A stretch of DNA of 64,000 nucleotides from Eledone cirrhosa (Eukaryota), in assembly GCA_964016885.1 (NCBI GenBank), contig OZ024740.1, forward strand, positions 413,292,001-413,356,000, in the 5' to 3' direction. A program made the translations under genes and the position numbers. This document shows positions 43,133-56,949 of the stretch, one piece after another (positions within the stretch are counted from its first letter, which is position 1; each line of letters opens with the position of its first letter). The notes under the pieces were generated by a model, which searched no databases, had not been told where the DNA came from, and saw only the letters and a list, made by a program, of their open reading frames with translations.

Positions 43133-43516
43133 ATATATTGGTAAACGGAATAGAAAATGCTGACAAATTGTTCACAGTTGAAAAATGGTTTAATTAGGAA
43201 TAAAAGAGTATTAGTGATTGTATGGGTTAGTATTCAGTTGTGGTTTTAAGTTTTTAAGTTTTTACCGGTTGCGCATTTCTAAATGCTTTTCAAAAAATTA
43301 TTTTGAGATAGAGTGTCCGTGCTGTTTGCTCAAACAGCACGGACACTCTATCTCAAAATTATTTTTGAAAAGCATTTAGAAATGCGCAACCGGTAAAAAC
43401 TTAAAAACTTAAAACCACAACTGAATACTAACCCATACAATCACCAATACTCTTTTATTCCTAATTAAACCATTTTTCAACTGTGAACAATTTGTCAGCA
43501 TTTTCTATTCCGTTTA

Positions 43517-43526
<10 letters not shown>
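43133..43526. repeat. Near-perfect ~390-bp palindrome centred on 43329-43330; same family as 11467-11630
   Basis: ..gtgtccgtgctgtttg-ct-caaacagcacggacac.. Confidence 0.93.
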
Positions 43527-43584
<58 letters not shown>

Positions 43585-44495
43585 TATACACATATATACC
43601 TTCAGTAACTTCACGTTACACTCCCTTGAATATATATATATATATACAGTATTTTCCGTTGTGTTGTAATATAAATATTACACACAGTAGATTATCAGCT
43701 CACGCAGAGTTTGCTCGACGGTTCCAGTTGTAGTTCCAAAAGTAATCCGGAGAAAAATAGAAAGATTTGAATGGATACAGTTTAGTTGAAAGGAATTTAT
43801 TGACACGTGTTTCTATAACAGTTACATAACCTAAAACAGCTGCTATCTACAAACTTTTAGTTATGCAGACATTCAATATTTCAATGTTATTATTTACTGT
43901 CATTTCATCAGAATAATATTACTGAGGACCTATTTAGTTTTTATAGAGAATATTAGGAGGGAGGGGTGAAGTTGTTAGAAGAATAGTTGAAGGAGTGGTT
44001 TTTTGATAGCAGTGAGAATTCTTGGTGGCAGTGAGTAATTAGATTCCCATCTGTTGTTTTGACATTTTTTATAGAATATATTATTGGTTATTTTTCTAAA
44101 TCTATAGAAGGATTAGAGATAGTAAAGATATGCGTGGTTGGTTTTGTGTTTGCACTTAATTAACATTCAGACTTAAATTTTTCTTTCAAGTGTACGTATC
44201 CTTTCGCCCACGCATTCACACACAAATATATTTGCACACCTCTACAAAATACATATACTCACAATTTACATATTCATACTTACATATATATACACATGCA
44301 TACACATATATATACACACATGTATTCATGTACATACAATGTGTATACATTTTCATACTCAACTTATCTTTATATTCACATGTATAGACACACACATATA
44401 TACATACTTACTCTAGGCCATGTGTACACACATACACATACATACACATCCATATACACATATATACATACATATACATATATATATACATATAC

Positions 44496-44552
<57 letters not shown>

Positions 44553-44847
44553 TATACATATATATATACACATATATATAAGCACTTTAATACATGAATA
44601 CACTTACATCTAACTATACACATCAAACATATATATATTTACTTATTTATATACATTTTCACATATATATACATACTTATGGACGTTTTTAGACACATTC
44701 ATTATCGCATATTTGCACCTATTCTCATCAGCATATCTTTCCATTATTAGTGTGGTAATTTAAGGTTATTAATATATGTTGAGAAGAGATTGTTTTTATA
44801 TTTTTCTAACTAGATTAAGGTTTATATAGTTGGGGGATGTCCCTCTT

Positions 44848-46060
44848 TTATGTAATATTCGGCTTGTAGTGGGAAAAAAGGGTTTTAGTTCCGTGACGGC
44901 AGAATAATGTTCGTTCAATTCTGTTATTCAGCAGTTTCTTCTTGTGTGTGATTATGTAATAAATCTCAAGATTACACAATTTGCAGAAATTTTGGCTCCT
45001 GGAAAAGCTTTGGGTTTTAGCTAATTTCTCCCATTTTAGGGTAAACTTTTGATCGCTATCCCTGAGCGTCCAAGCTTTTTCTGCTAAAGTTGTTACATTT
45101 CTTTGGCTCTGGTGTTTTATTGAGTAAGAATGCCTATACAATCGAGATTTAAACAATGTTGCCGTTGATCCCACGTAATACCACTCGTTGCCTCCGGATT
45201 TAATGGTACACTTATAAATAATATTTTTTTCCAGGCAGTTATTGCCGAGGGGGCAGTTGTCAGGATAGGTGCAGTTACAGTTGTGTACGTTGGGTTTTCT
45301 CTGGAGTAGTATTGCGGACGAACTTAGGTGTGGTTTATTTATGTTCTGTAGTGTATTGTCTACTGTTTTTTTTGTGTTCTTTGTACTTAAGTTCTTAGTG
45401 TTTTCGTTTAACCTTCTAGTATTGATCTTTTTTATGTGTTGTTCAAGGTTTAACGCTGTAGAGTATGACAGTCTTATAGTGGTAGGGTTTAGGATTTTGT
45501 GGTATTTGTGTGATGTGGGAAAATGTCTTTTAATTATTTTAAAGAAGAGTACTGGTAAATTTGTACTAATGGAACTATTGTATTCGGGGTTATACCATAA
45601 GTACTCTTTGCATCGCTTTCTATTAGTTTTGTTTGTTGGTTTACTGGTGTGCATACTATGGTAGTAAGTGTGGTTTGGTGTTGTGCTATTATATCTACCT
45701 ATGTGGGATTTATTTTGGGTGTTTTGATTGTTCCCATCTATGTACTCTATTTTGTTGAGGTAGCCTGCTTTACTTAAGGGCGTTATCGTAGTACTCGGTG
45801 TGTTCCTTAAATACTTGTATGTTAGAAGATAGACCCGAGATTCTAAGGGAAATATTTTTAGGGATAGATTTAATTATAGAGATGGGGTGGTTAGACCCAA
45901 CATTTACGTATTTGAGATTTTCATTCAATTTATGAAACGGTTTAATCAAACCAGAGTTTAAATTGAGTGTGACATCCAGGAAGTTAACTACTTTAAGGTT
46001 GTATTCATATGTTATAGTTAGTCCTATTTCGAGTAGTAGTTTTCTTATATCTTTGCGTAG
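44848..46060 (-). pseudogene. PLE RT C-terminus + GIY-YIG endonuclease (one frameshift near 45780)
   Basis: ORF 44848-45654 plus the upstream frame to ~46060. Confidence 0.88.
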
Positions 46061-46288
46061 TTTATTACATAATCACACACAAGAAGAAACTGCTGAATAA
46101 CAGAATTGAACGAACATTATTCTGCCGTCACAGAACTAAAACCCTTTTTTCCCACTACAAGCCGAATATTACATAAAAGAGGGACATCCCCCAACTATAT
46201 AAACCTTAATCTAGTTAGAAAAATATAAAAACAATCTCTTCTCAACATATATTAATAACCTTAAATTACCACACTAATAATGGAAAGA

Positions 46289-46346
46289 TATGCTGATGAG
46301 AATAGGTGCAAATATGCGATAATGAATGTGTCTAAAAACGTCCATA
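46289..46346 (+). ncRNA. Hammerhead-like motif with G12A change in the PLE repeat (mirror copy 44678-44735 minus)
   Basis: tatg-CTGATGA-gaataggtgca..tgtgtcta-AAAA-cg-TC-cata. Confidence 0.55.
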
Positions 46347-46473
46347 AGTATGTATATATATGTGAAAATGTATATAAATAAGTAAATATATATATATGTT
46401 TGATGTGTATAGTTAGATGTAAGTGTATTCATGTATTAAAGTGCTTATATATATGTGTATATATATATGTATA

Positions 46474-46530
<57 letters not shown>

Positions 46531-47109
46531 GTATATGTATATATATATGTATATGTATGTATATATGTGTATATGGATGTGTATGTATGTGTATGTGTGT
46601 ACACATGGCCTAGAGTAAGTATGTATATATGTGTGTGTCTATACATGTGTATATAAAGATAAGTTGAGTATGAAAATGTATACACATTGTATGTACATGA
46701 ATACATGTGTGTATATATATGTGTATGCATGTGTATATATATGTAAGTATGAATATGTAAATTGTGAGTATATGTATTTTGTAGAGGTGTGCAAATATAT
46801 TTGTGTGTGAATGCGTGGGCGAAAGGATACGTACACTTGAAAGAAAAATTTAAGTCTGAATGTTAATTAAGTGCAAACACAAAACCAACCACGCATATCT
46901 TTACTATCTCTAATCCTTCTATAGATTTAGAAAAATAACCAATAATATATTCTATAAAAAATGTCAAAACAACAGATGGGAATCTAATTACTCACTGCCA
47001 CCAAGAATTCTCACTGCTATCGAAAAACCACTCCTTCAACTATTCTTCTAACAACTTCACCCCTCCCTCCTAATATTCTCTATAAAAACTAAATAGGTCC
47101 TCAGTAATA

Positions 47110-47229
47110 TTATTCTGATGAAATGACAGTAAATAATAACATTGAAATATTGAATGTCTGCATAACTAAAAGTGTGTAGATAGCAGCTGTTTTAGGTTAT
47201 GTAACTGTTATAGAAACACGTGTCAATAA
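47110..47229 (+). ncRNA. Type I hammerhead with ~90-nt stem II domain near the PLE 3' end (mirror copy 43797-43916 minus)
   Basis: ttatt-CTGATGA-aatgacagt..actgttata-GAAA-cacgtg-TC-aataa. Confidence 0.75.
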
Positions 47230-47263
47230 ATTCCTTTCAACTAAACTGTATCCATTCAAATCT

Positions 47264-47324
<61 letters not shown>

Positions 47325-47329
<5 letters not shown>

Positions 47330-47850
47330 TAAAACATGTCTATTGAATCACAAGATAAAATATATACCATTTCCTCTCCCATTTAGCGTAATTAACTATA
47401 TAAAAAAATCGAATAGACCAGGCTATAAGAATGAGGCTTCTATGAAGAATTCTCCAACAAATTACCGAAACTAGCACTTCGCGTCGGCCGCAACGGAATA
47501 TTTATCGAATATTTCGACAGCGTAATCGCCCAGATACAGTCAATTAAACAGAATTAGGTGTAAAATAAACTATCTGTATCTGGGCGATTACGCTGTCGAA
47601 ATATTCGATAAATATTCTGTTGCGGCCGACGCGAAGTGCTAGTTTCGGTTATTTGTTGGAGATTTCTTCATAGAAGCCTCATTCTTATAGCCTGGTCTAT
47701 TCGATTTTTTTATATAGTTAATTACGCTAATTGGGAGAGGAAATGGTATATATTTTATCTTGTGATTCTATAGACATGTGTTATGATATATAGCTCTGAT
47801 TATTTAATTTATTAAATTTTCATTGAGCCACAAAGTGACCCGTTGCAAAA
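47325..47850. mobile_element. Fold-back element in (TA)n, arms ~47325-47540 / 47575-47790
   Basis: cagcgtaatcgcccagataca / tgtatctgggcgattacgctg; family of 190-1062. Confidence 0.75.
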
Positions 47851-47860
47851 CACGTATATG

Positions 47861-47907
<47 letters not shown>

Positions 47908-48159
47908 TTTTATATATATATATATATATATATATACACTAGCTGACGTACCCACCTTCGGCCGGGTAGCCAGATGATAAGAGAAGGTAGGTATAAGAGA
48001 AAATGACTGTATTGGATGTTTTATCAGGTTTTTAGTAAGAGTGTGTGGCAAAAAAAACCCAGTAAAAGCTCTTCCAGATACACCAGATTCTTCTTTCCAT
48101 TCATGCTTAGTATATGAAGATTTCTAGGTCTTTCCACTAGTGAACAACCTACATATAGA

Positions 48160-49510
48160 AAGGTGTTAGATATAGAGAGAGGTGTTGGCAGAGATGGGTG
48201 TATGGTAGATATAGAGAGGGGGAGAGTTTAGTGATTATGAATATAGAGAGGGAAATAATGAGAGGGTACCGAGTGGTGGATAAAGAGAGGAGAAGGAATA
48301 GTAGTATATATAGAGAGGAGTGTTGGGAGAGATAAATGTATGATAGATATATATAGAGAGAGTTTAGTGATAATGGATATAAAGGGGGGTGTAGGGAGAG
48401 ATAGCGCCGTAATAGATATAGAGAGGGTGAGAGATTATTAGTGTTAGATATCGATGGAGGTCCTGAGAGAGACTGATGTATGGTAGATATAGTGAGTGGG
48501 AGAGGTTTCTGGTAGTAGATATAGAGAGGCGTGTTGAGGGAGAGTGTTGTACGTTAGATATAGAGGGGAGGAGAAATTACTGGTTTATAGATATAGAGAG
48601 GGCTGTCAGGAGAGATTGTGTTGGTATAGACAGGTGTATGGTAGATATAGGGAGAAGTGTTGAGAGAGCTAGGTGTATGGTACATAGAGAGGGAGAGAGT
48701 TTAGTGGTTATGGAGATAGAGAGGAAGAGAATGGATTATTGTAGTGTGGGAGATAGAGAGAGGGGGAGAGATTGCTGCTAATCGATATAGAGAGGGGTGT
48801 TGAAGGAGATAGGTGTATGGTAGATATAGAGAGAGGGGGAAGTTCGAGGTTATAAATAGAATGAGGGAGTTTAGAAGAGAGTGTCGTGTGCTAGATAGAG
48901 AGAGGGGGAGAATCTAGTGGTAGTAGATATAAAAAGGGGTGTTGGGATAGACAGGTGTATAGCAGATATAGGCTTTGGGAGAGTTTAGTGGTTTATTGAT
49001 ATAGAAAGGGGGGATCATAAAAGAGTGCCGTGTGGTAGATATAGAGAGGGAATACTTCAATAGTGTCGTAATAGATATAGAGAGGGGGATAAGGATAGTC
49101 GCTGAGCTGGCCAGCCGCAGGTGTGAGCCTCCCGAGCTGGAATGGCTTTTTCAGCACGTCTCCCTTGCCGTTCCGGGGAAAGGTCTCCTCCATTCTGTCC
49201 GTCGGGGCTGTGAGGAGGCCACCAATATGATTGACTGACTTGTTATTTTAATAGTCAGATACTCATTCATCCACTCTTCTACACTTATATAACTTTAGTG
49301 GAGTTGGCTAATTTGCCTTAAATTGAAAATACAGAAAGTAATAAAGAAAATGACAGAAAAATGTATTCGATGAAAAGGAGAGAGTATCAGGATGTATATA
49401 GAGAGCTGGAGAGTTTAGGGGTAATAAATAGAGTGTGAGGAATTAGAAGAGAGTGCCGTGTAGTAGATAGAGAGAGGGAAGAGAGTGCTGGTAATTGATA
49501 TAGATATTTT
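48160..49510. repeat. Degenerate purine-rich tandem array (gatatagagagg module about every 30 bp); second array at 56360-56880
   Basis: Repeated tggtagatatagagaggg / agtttagtg modules. Confidence 0.8.
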
Positions 49511-49647
49511 CTCCTTTGATGTTATAAAATTGGTGCCAATAAACCCTCCTGGGTAAACCCTTATTCCATTGCTGTACTTACTTCTCGATTCTCACTATTC
49601 GTTTTTCTGTAATGCGCGGAAGAACCAACCAAAAGACACCTGTCTTT

Positions 49648-49719
<72 letters not shown>

Positions 49720-50059
49720 CAGATTAAAGTTTAAGCAAAGAATCGCTGCTTTCACGCTTAATAGAAAATCCCGCTAAGGATGAAAGCAGCGATTCTTTGC
49801 TTAAACTTTAATCTGTTATTTTAATAAATGTTTGCTCTATGGCTCTTATATATTTGATATATATTTATCCTTATCGAGCGCTCTTTGGATTTTAGTCTTC
49901 ACATTTGTTATTATTACTATTTATATATATATATATAAACATATTAATAAATATATATTTTAATAAATATATATATTTTAATATATTTATTTTAATAAAT
50001 ATATAAATATATTTATTAAAATAAAAATATTAAAATATATATATTTATTAATATACAAA

Positions 50060-50985
50060 TGAATATATGATAGGGATGAACACTGATACAAGTATACATG
50101 TGTTCGTATTGCAAATGACCAAGTTAGCTAGATTGAAAACTACTAATTAAAATAATACGGTTTTCCTGTCTCGATTTAAAATAATAAATCAATAAAAAAC
50201 AAACCTATATTGGCAATAGCCGTGATACCCGGACAAATTTTTAATTTGTTTCGCAACAATTAAGTGAAAGTTACTATTCCTGTGCTCTTCTGCGGGTATC
50301 CAGAAATTGGTAAGTTTCACTTCAAAATACTTAAGACAGAGAAATGTGTTGTTGAACGCACATGTGTCGCAGCGCCTAGCTCGTCCCATACTCGTGCCGC
50401 TAAAAATAGCAGCCGGTTTTATGGGACTAGAAATGAGCTCTACGTATGGAGTCGAGAATATTATATATAGAGTTATAAACTCAAAATAGTCTTTTACAAT
50501 TAAATAGCTCAAAGAAAGGAATATTTCCGAGCCGTGTAATACAAATTAATATATGATAGAGATAAACACTGATACAAGTATACATGTGTATTATTTTAAT
50601 TAGTAAAGGGCGGTGGATTGGCAGTATCGGTAGAGAGTCGGACGCCATGCTTTCCAGCATAGTTACGTCCCTTTACGATCTGAGTTCAAATCACGCCGAG
50701 GTTGACTTTGCCTTTCATCCTTACGGGGTCGATAAAATAAAGTACCAGTAATGTACTGGTTAATTGCTGGCCTTGTGCCTAAAGTAGAAACAATTATTTT
50801 AATTAGTATTTTTCAATCTAGCTAACTTGATCATTTGCAATGCGAACACATGTATACTTGTATCAGTGTTTATCCCTATCATATATTCATTTGTATTACA
50901 CGGCTCGGAAATATTCCTTTCTTTGAGCTATTTAATTGTAAAAGATTATTTTGAGTTTACAACTCTATATATAATATTTATTAAT
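50060..50985. mobile_element. Fold-back/tandem element in (TA)n interrupted by a full SINE (50606-50792, 16-bp TSD attattttaattagta)
   Basis: 50060-50155 and 50460-50590 are reverse-complemented in 50795-50985; homologous to 1290-1365. Confidence 0.7.
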
Positions 50986-51036
50986 ATATATATTTATTAA
51001 TATATATATTTATTAATATATATCTATATATATATA

Positions 51037-54000
51037 TGTAGGACGTGGTCAGTGGGTCTGGTCACTACTGAGCGTATCCGAGAATAGCCCTTAAAAGGAC
51101 TATTATCGTATACGGTCTGATCTGGTCTGAGGATAGCCCTTAAAAGGACTGTTGTCACATACGGTAAGGGTGAACAGACGAAAGCACAAGTTGAAAGGAC
51201 GAGCAAGGCTAGAGATGTAGTTTCGGTGAGCTTGCGGGTGATAAGCTGTCGTGCGGATGTGTTTACATCCTAACAGGCGAGTCAGTTCACTGAAGAGATG
51301 GGAGTCAAATTGACGTCCTCTGTCCGTTGTTATCTTCGCTGGGGCGCCATACCCAATGTAAAACCAAAGTTTTAGCGACTGTTTCCGCTGAGGTATCACT
51401 TATGGGGAAAGCCTCAGGCCAACGGGAAAAACGATATATGCAGGTGAGCAAGTGTCTGCAGTTCTGTGGTGGTGGTAGAGGTCCGACGATGTCGATATGT
51501 ACATGAGGAAAACGTGCATCAAGTTGCGCGAATGTCCCGAGTGGAGTTTTGATGTGTCTGTGGACTTTGGCTTTCTGGCAGGCAATGCAGCTCCTGGACC
51601 AGTCGCGCACGTCCTTGTTAATGTTAGTCCACACAAAACGAGCCGAGATGAGTTTCTGTGTAGCCCGGATTCCCGGATGAGACAAGCAGTGTAAAGCAGA
51701 AAAAACTTGTCGACGATGCATCTGTGGTACGTACGGTTGTTCATGACCGGTAGAAAAGTCGCACCAAATATGTCCCGGAGAAGAAGGAATGGGAACTTGC
51801 TGAAACTTGAGGGATGGCGAATCTCGGAGCTTGATAAACTCTTCGTCAGTCTCTTGGTCAGCTGCGATCTGTTGAAGGTCGATGCCTGAATGCACATGTA
51901 TTGCGCTAAGCTGGATTCGGGACAGGGCGTCTGCTGCTTTGTTGTCTGATCCCTTGATATGCCGAATATCAGTTGAATATTGGGAGGCAAAATCCAGGTG
52001 GCAGAGTTCTCTCGGTGAATGTCGATCAGGTTTGGTACGGAACGCATAAACTGGTGGTCCGTGTAGATCACGAAATCTGATCCTTCGCGCATGTGACGAA
52101 AATGTTTAACCAAAAGGTAGGTTGCCAAGAGTTCGCGGCCAAACGTACTGTATTTAGTTTATGCAGGTTACAACCGTTTAGAAAAGAAGGATAAGGGTTG
52201 CCAAACGCCGTCGACATATTGTTGAAAGACGCCTCCAAACCCCGTGTCTGATGCGTCCACTAGCAGTGAAATAGGAGCGCCAGATCTGGGGACAACAATC
52301 CTAGAAGCGTTTGCCAGCATTTCCTTCAGGCGGTTAAAAGATGTTAATTCTTCCTCGTTCAGAGTAATATCTTCGTTTTTCCGAGTCCGGTTGCGAAGAA
52401 GGTCCGTGAGGAGTCTGGCTGTGTCGGCACGATGAGGGATGAAACGCCTATAAAAATTCACCAAACCGAGGAATTCACGCAGTTTCCGAAGTGATGTAGG
52501 TGCGGGAAAATTGTGGATAGCTTCTACTTTCTCAGGAAGTGGACGAATGCCGTCTTTATCGATAATGTGACCGAGAAACGACAGTGAAGGAACGTCGAGA
52601 AGGCACTTGCTGGGGTTGATGATAATACCGTAATCGAACTTTGGAAAAGAAAATCTAAGTGCTTCTCGTGTTCTTGCTCGGAAGTACTTGCTACTAGCAC
52701 GTCGTCGATGTTCGCGTATACAAAGGGTAGATCACGTAACACGGTGTCAATAAACCGCTGAAAAGTTTGAAGCGTTGCGCAGACCGAACGGCATTCGCAG
52801 GTATTCAAATAAACCGAACGGTGTCGTGATTGCAGTCTTCGGAATATCAGCAGGCTCCACATGTATCTGGTTATATGCTCGTACCAAATCAATCTTGGAA
52901 AAGATTCGTGCGCCTTGCAGAGAGGCAGAGAAGTTGTGCAAGTGAGGTACAGGGTAATTATAGGGTACTGTAGAATTGTTGAGTGCACGATGATCCCCAC
53001 ATGGTCGCCAATCATTCTCTGATTTCTTAGGAACAGGGTGTAGGGGTCCAGACCAGTTGCTGGAGGAAGGGCGAATGATTCCAAGGTCCAGCATGTGTTG
53101 AAACTCCCTTTTGGCGATTCTCAATCAATCTGGAGGCCATCTCCTTGGTCGGGCAGCTGTGGGTGGTCCTATCGTCTCGATATGATATGTGACACTATGT
53201 TTAATAGGTCCATCGTTAAATACTGGGCGAGTGATGTCTGGGTATTTCTGGAGAATGCCGTTGTAACACCAAGGCTCTAACTGGCAAATTACAGGGCTCA
53301 CTGTGGATAGCGTGTTAAATATACCTCTCACAGTGAGGTTTGTGGTGGTGTCAATAATCGCCCGGTTCTTCATGTCCACCAGAAGGTGGAAGTGGTGGAG
53401 AAAATTGGCTCCTAAGATAGGGGTCTGTAGGTCTGCGACGACGAACACCCATTGAAAATGACGCCTCGGGCCTCATTTGAGGGTCAGTGATTTCTCTCCG
53501 AAAGTCGGAATTGACGATCGGTTCACTGCCTGCAGAACGGACGGTGTTGGTGGTCTTTTGCCCGAGACTAGTGAAACAGGAATAACACTAACCTGGGCTC
53601 CTGTATCCACGAGGTAACGGATGCCTGTCGCTTGGTCGTTGCTAAAAAACAGACGACTTTTCTTCTCAGTACCAGGGGTGAACGTCGTCGCTAGGCCCTG
53701 GGTGGTATTCTGGAAAGAGCACGGGGCCTTGCATTTAGATACCTGTGCGCCGAATTCTGCGTGATACCACCAGAGGTTGCCAGACACACGATTTTGACTG
53801 GGACTTCTGAATCTTCGACTGTGAAAAGGCCTGGATCGACTGTTGCTGCGTCGCCGGTGTGTTTGAAATGTCAGGTTCTCTACTTGATTTGAGAGGGCTT
53901 TAATTTTACCAGCCCGCTCTCTGATCACAGCCCGCAGCTCTGAAATCTCGGCTTCTGTCGGTGGTTGTGACATTGTGACATGTCCATGTTGGTATCTTGT

Positions 54001-54524
54001 TAGGCTGATGTCTGGTTGCGTGTTCGAATCACGTCGGGGTCACCAATTGTTGCGACGTGGTTAGTGGGTCTGGTCACTATTTCTGAGCAGATCCGAGAAT
54101 AGCTCTTAAAAGGACTGTTATCGCATACGGTCTGATCGGATCTGAGGATAGCCCTTAAAAAGACTGTTGTCACATACGGTAAGGATGAACAGACGAAAGC
54201 ACAAGTTGAAAGGACGAGCGATGTAGTTTCGGTCAGCTATTTATTCTCGTACATGAAGAAACGATACAGAGGTACAAGGCGTGTGTGAGGGAGAAGCGTG
54301 GCAGAGGAGAGGAGCAACGATATGCGAGCTGACTCTGCCAAAGTCGACTGGCGAAAGTGTTTGAATCACTCTATTTATACAAAAAACAATCGTTTGATGT
54401 TTAGCCGCTGCGTTAGCGTTTTATTTTGGTGGCTTTAAGGATTGTTTGTTTCACGGTAAGGAGGCTAGCTAAGCAGATAGATAGAGTTGTTTATTTCACA
54501 GATGTTATTTCCGGTGGCTGTACA
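51037..54524 (-). mobile_element. Defective Gypsy/Ty3 LTR retrotransposon
   Basis: 5' LTR 54048-54524 (TG..CA); tRNA-Trp PBS; gag Cys/His knuckle, protease LVDTGA, RT ([29 protein letters not shown]), RNase H DAS, integrase HHCC and HIDIVG; 3' LTR remnant 51037-51232 fused to mid-integrase. Confidence 0.95.
54014..54045 (-). other. Primer-binding site, extended to 32 nt of the tRNA-Trp 3' end
   Basis: + strand ggttgcgtgttcgaatcacgtcggggtcacca resembles the metazoan tRNA-Trp(CCA) 3' end including CCA, adjacent to the LTR end. Confidence 0.85.
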
Positions 54525-54539
54525 TATATATACAGATAA

Positions 54540-55425
54540 ATCCACCAATTAATGGTAGGGTCCAAGCCGTATGAAGAACTCAATGTAATCCGTATGTAAA
54601 ATACGTCGTTAAGTAAAGTTTAAAATACAAAATTTCAACGATATAATTCATTGGAAGCTGAGTCAAAATAATACAAATAGTGAAAACAATAAAATTAAAC
54701 AAAATACGGGTAATTCATAGTAAAACTCATTATTTTACGATCGTTTCTGGGGCGTAGTTCTCCGTATATTCTTTCTATTAGTGATCTATTTCTATTTCTA
54801 GAACAAATTATTCCTCTTGAACAAAGAAATAACAAATATTCTACTAGATATAACACACTGATATAATGACCCCTTTTCCTCCAACTTTAATCTTCTTTGA
54901 CTGTCCTCACTTTTCTATACAATCTGTCTAAATTCCTTTACACTCGCAACTTTCTTTTCTTCTCTTAAAGGTCATTCGATACCTCATCCCCTGACAACTA
55001 ATTTATTCATTTCCTACTACCAGCTTCCTAGTTTTACTATTGGTCAATCTCAACCTTTTTAAAAGGTTACTTATTCATACATGTTTTTATATTCTTTAAT
55101 AAACAAAACTCATTATTTCTGAAAATCCCGCCGAGGTTAACTTTGCCTTTCATCCTTACGGGGTCGATGAAATAAAGTACTAGTAATACACTGGGATAAT
55201 TGCTGGCCTTGTGCCAACGGTAGAAACAATTATTTCTGAAGACGGCGAGTAGGGAAGATGTATGTATATTTTCTTACTTTGATAATTTGTAATATATTTT
55301 ACATAGATCACTAATAGAATGAACAAACGAAGAACTACCCCTTGAAAAGGATCATAAAATAATGAGTTTAAACTATGAATTACCCGTATTTTGCTTAATT
55401 CCATTGTTTTCACTATTTGTATTAT
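54540..55425. mobile_element. Fold-back element (arms ~54670-54800 / 55295-55420); family also at 27150-27600
   Basis: aatacaaatagtgaaaacaat / attgttttcactatttgtatt; shares gtatgaagaactcaatgtaatcc with 27190. Confidence 0.6.
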
Positions 55426-56877
55426 ATATATATATATATATATATTTATTTATTAAAATAAATATATTAAAATATATATATTTATTAATATATATATAAA
55501 TATATTTATCTATAGTAATAATAACAAATGTGAAGACTAAAATCCAAAGAGGGCTCGATAGGGATAAATATATATCAAATATATAAGAACCATAGAGCAA
55601 ATATTTATTAAAATAATATATATATATATATATAGAAAGAGAGGTTAAAATATCCACTAAATGTTCTTCTACTTCTTCTGTATATATTTATATGCGACGA
55701 GTGTGTGGTAAAAAGACCGGAAGGTCACAGTTCAGGCCAGGGTTCTTTGAATGTTTATGTTGGAATTTTTAACGATTACTATAATTATTAATAATTATAG
55801 TAATCGTTAATATATCCAACATAGGTTTCATTTTTACGCCAGCTGTTTTTCATTACTGCTCTAGCTGCAAACTGTTTAGTATCGAACGTAGTGTAATATT
55901 TAATGAGCTTGCAAATTATCCGAGATATACAGAGTTCGATTCTCCATTGATCTACTTACCACATTTTCCGTTGCTATGTGAAATTTATCCGAAATTCTAA
56001 ACTATTATTTAAAGAGATCAATGTTCACCGATATCTGGGGTTGCATCATTTTCAAATTTCAAATCACCTAGTTCATCCATAATTCATATATTTTGTTTGC
56101 ATTCATCTATAGTTGCAAACTATTTAAAATACCCTCTTAAATGAGACAGAATTAGGGAGTGGTCAGTTGTCCCTTCGCGTCAAGGTGAATATATCCGCAC
56201 AATATTCAAAAGATACAAAGGTTAAAATTCCATAGGCCCTTCTGGTCACCTTTTTTCCGTTTGTGGTATTTTACCTAATTACTATGCTATATGCAAGAAT
56301 ATATGTACGTATGCATGATATCAGGTAGATGTCTGATTCGATCGACCGAAAGTTGGTAATAAATAGAGTGAGGGTGATTAGAAAGAGTGTCGTTTGGTAA
56401 ATATAGAGAGGGAGAGAGTTTGATGGTAGTAAATATAGAGGGGTGCTGGGAGAGACTGTTCTATGGTAGATATAGAAAGAGGGAGAGATTGGTGGGAGTA
56501 GATATAGAGAAAGCTGTTGAAAGAGACATATATGGCAGATATAAAGAATGGTATTGAGAGACGTAGGTGTATGGTAGATATGGAGAGGGGGACAGTTTAT
56601 CGTTTATAGATACAGAGAGAAAGATGATAAGAGAGTGCTGTGTAGTAGACAGAGAGAGTGGTATAAAGCTGGTAGTAAATATAGAGAGTGGTTTGGGGAG
56701 AGATAGGAATATGATAGATAAGGAGAGTAAGAGAATTTAGTGATAATGTATATAGAGAGAAGTGCTGGGAGAAATAATGTCGTAATGGATACAGAGAGGA
56801 GGAGAGATTATTGGTGCTAGATATAGCGAGGGGGAGATATTACTGGATTAGAGATAAAGAGAGATGTGTGCGGAGAG

Positions 56878-56949
<72 letters not shown>

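Larger units (their letters stand above)
43758..47267 (-). mobile_element. 5'-truncated Penelope-like element (Neptune-like) with ~1.2-kb inverted terminal duplication
   Basis: Arms 43758-44963 and 46061-47267; centre encodes RT thumb (VNFLDVTL, SNHP), WYNP, CNC..CPL..CL linker and GIY-YIG (NIIY..YYVGST..FKSR..H..CKLC..E..CRH). Confidence 0.9.

Noticed and set aside
49100-49200. Superficial similarity to the HDV ribozyme (ggccagc..agcctcc..gctgg)
   Set aside because: No complementary P1 3' strand or P2 pairing in either copy.
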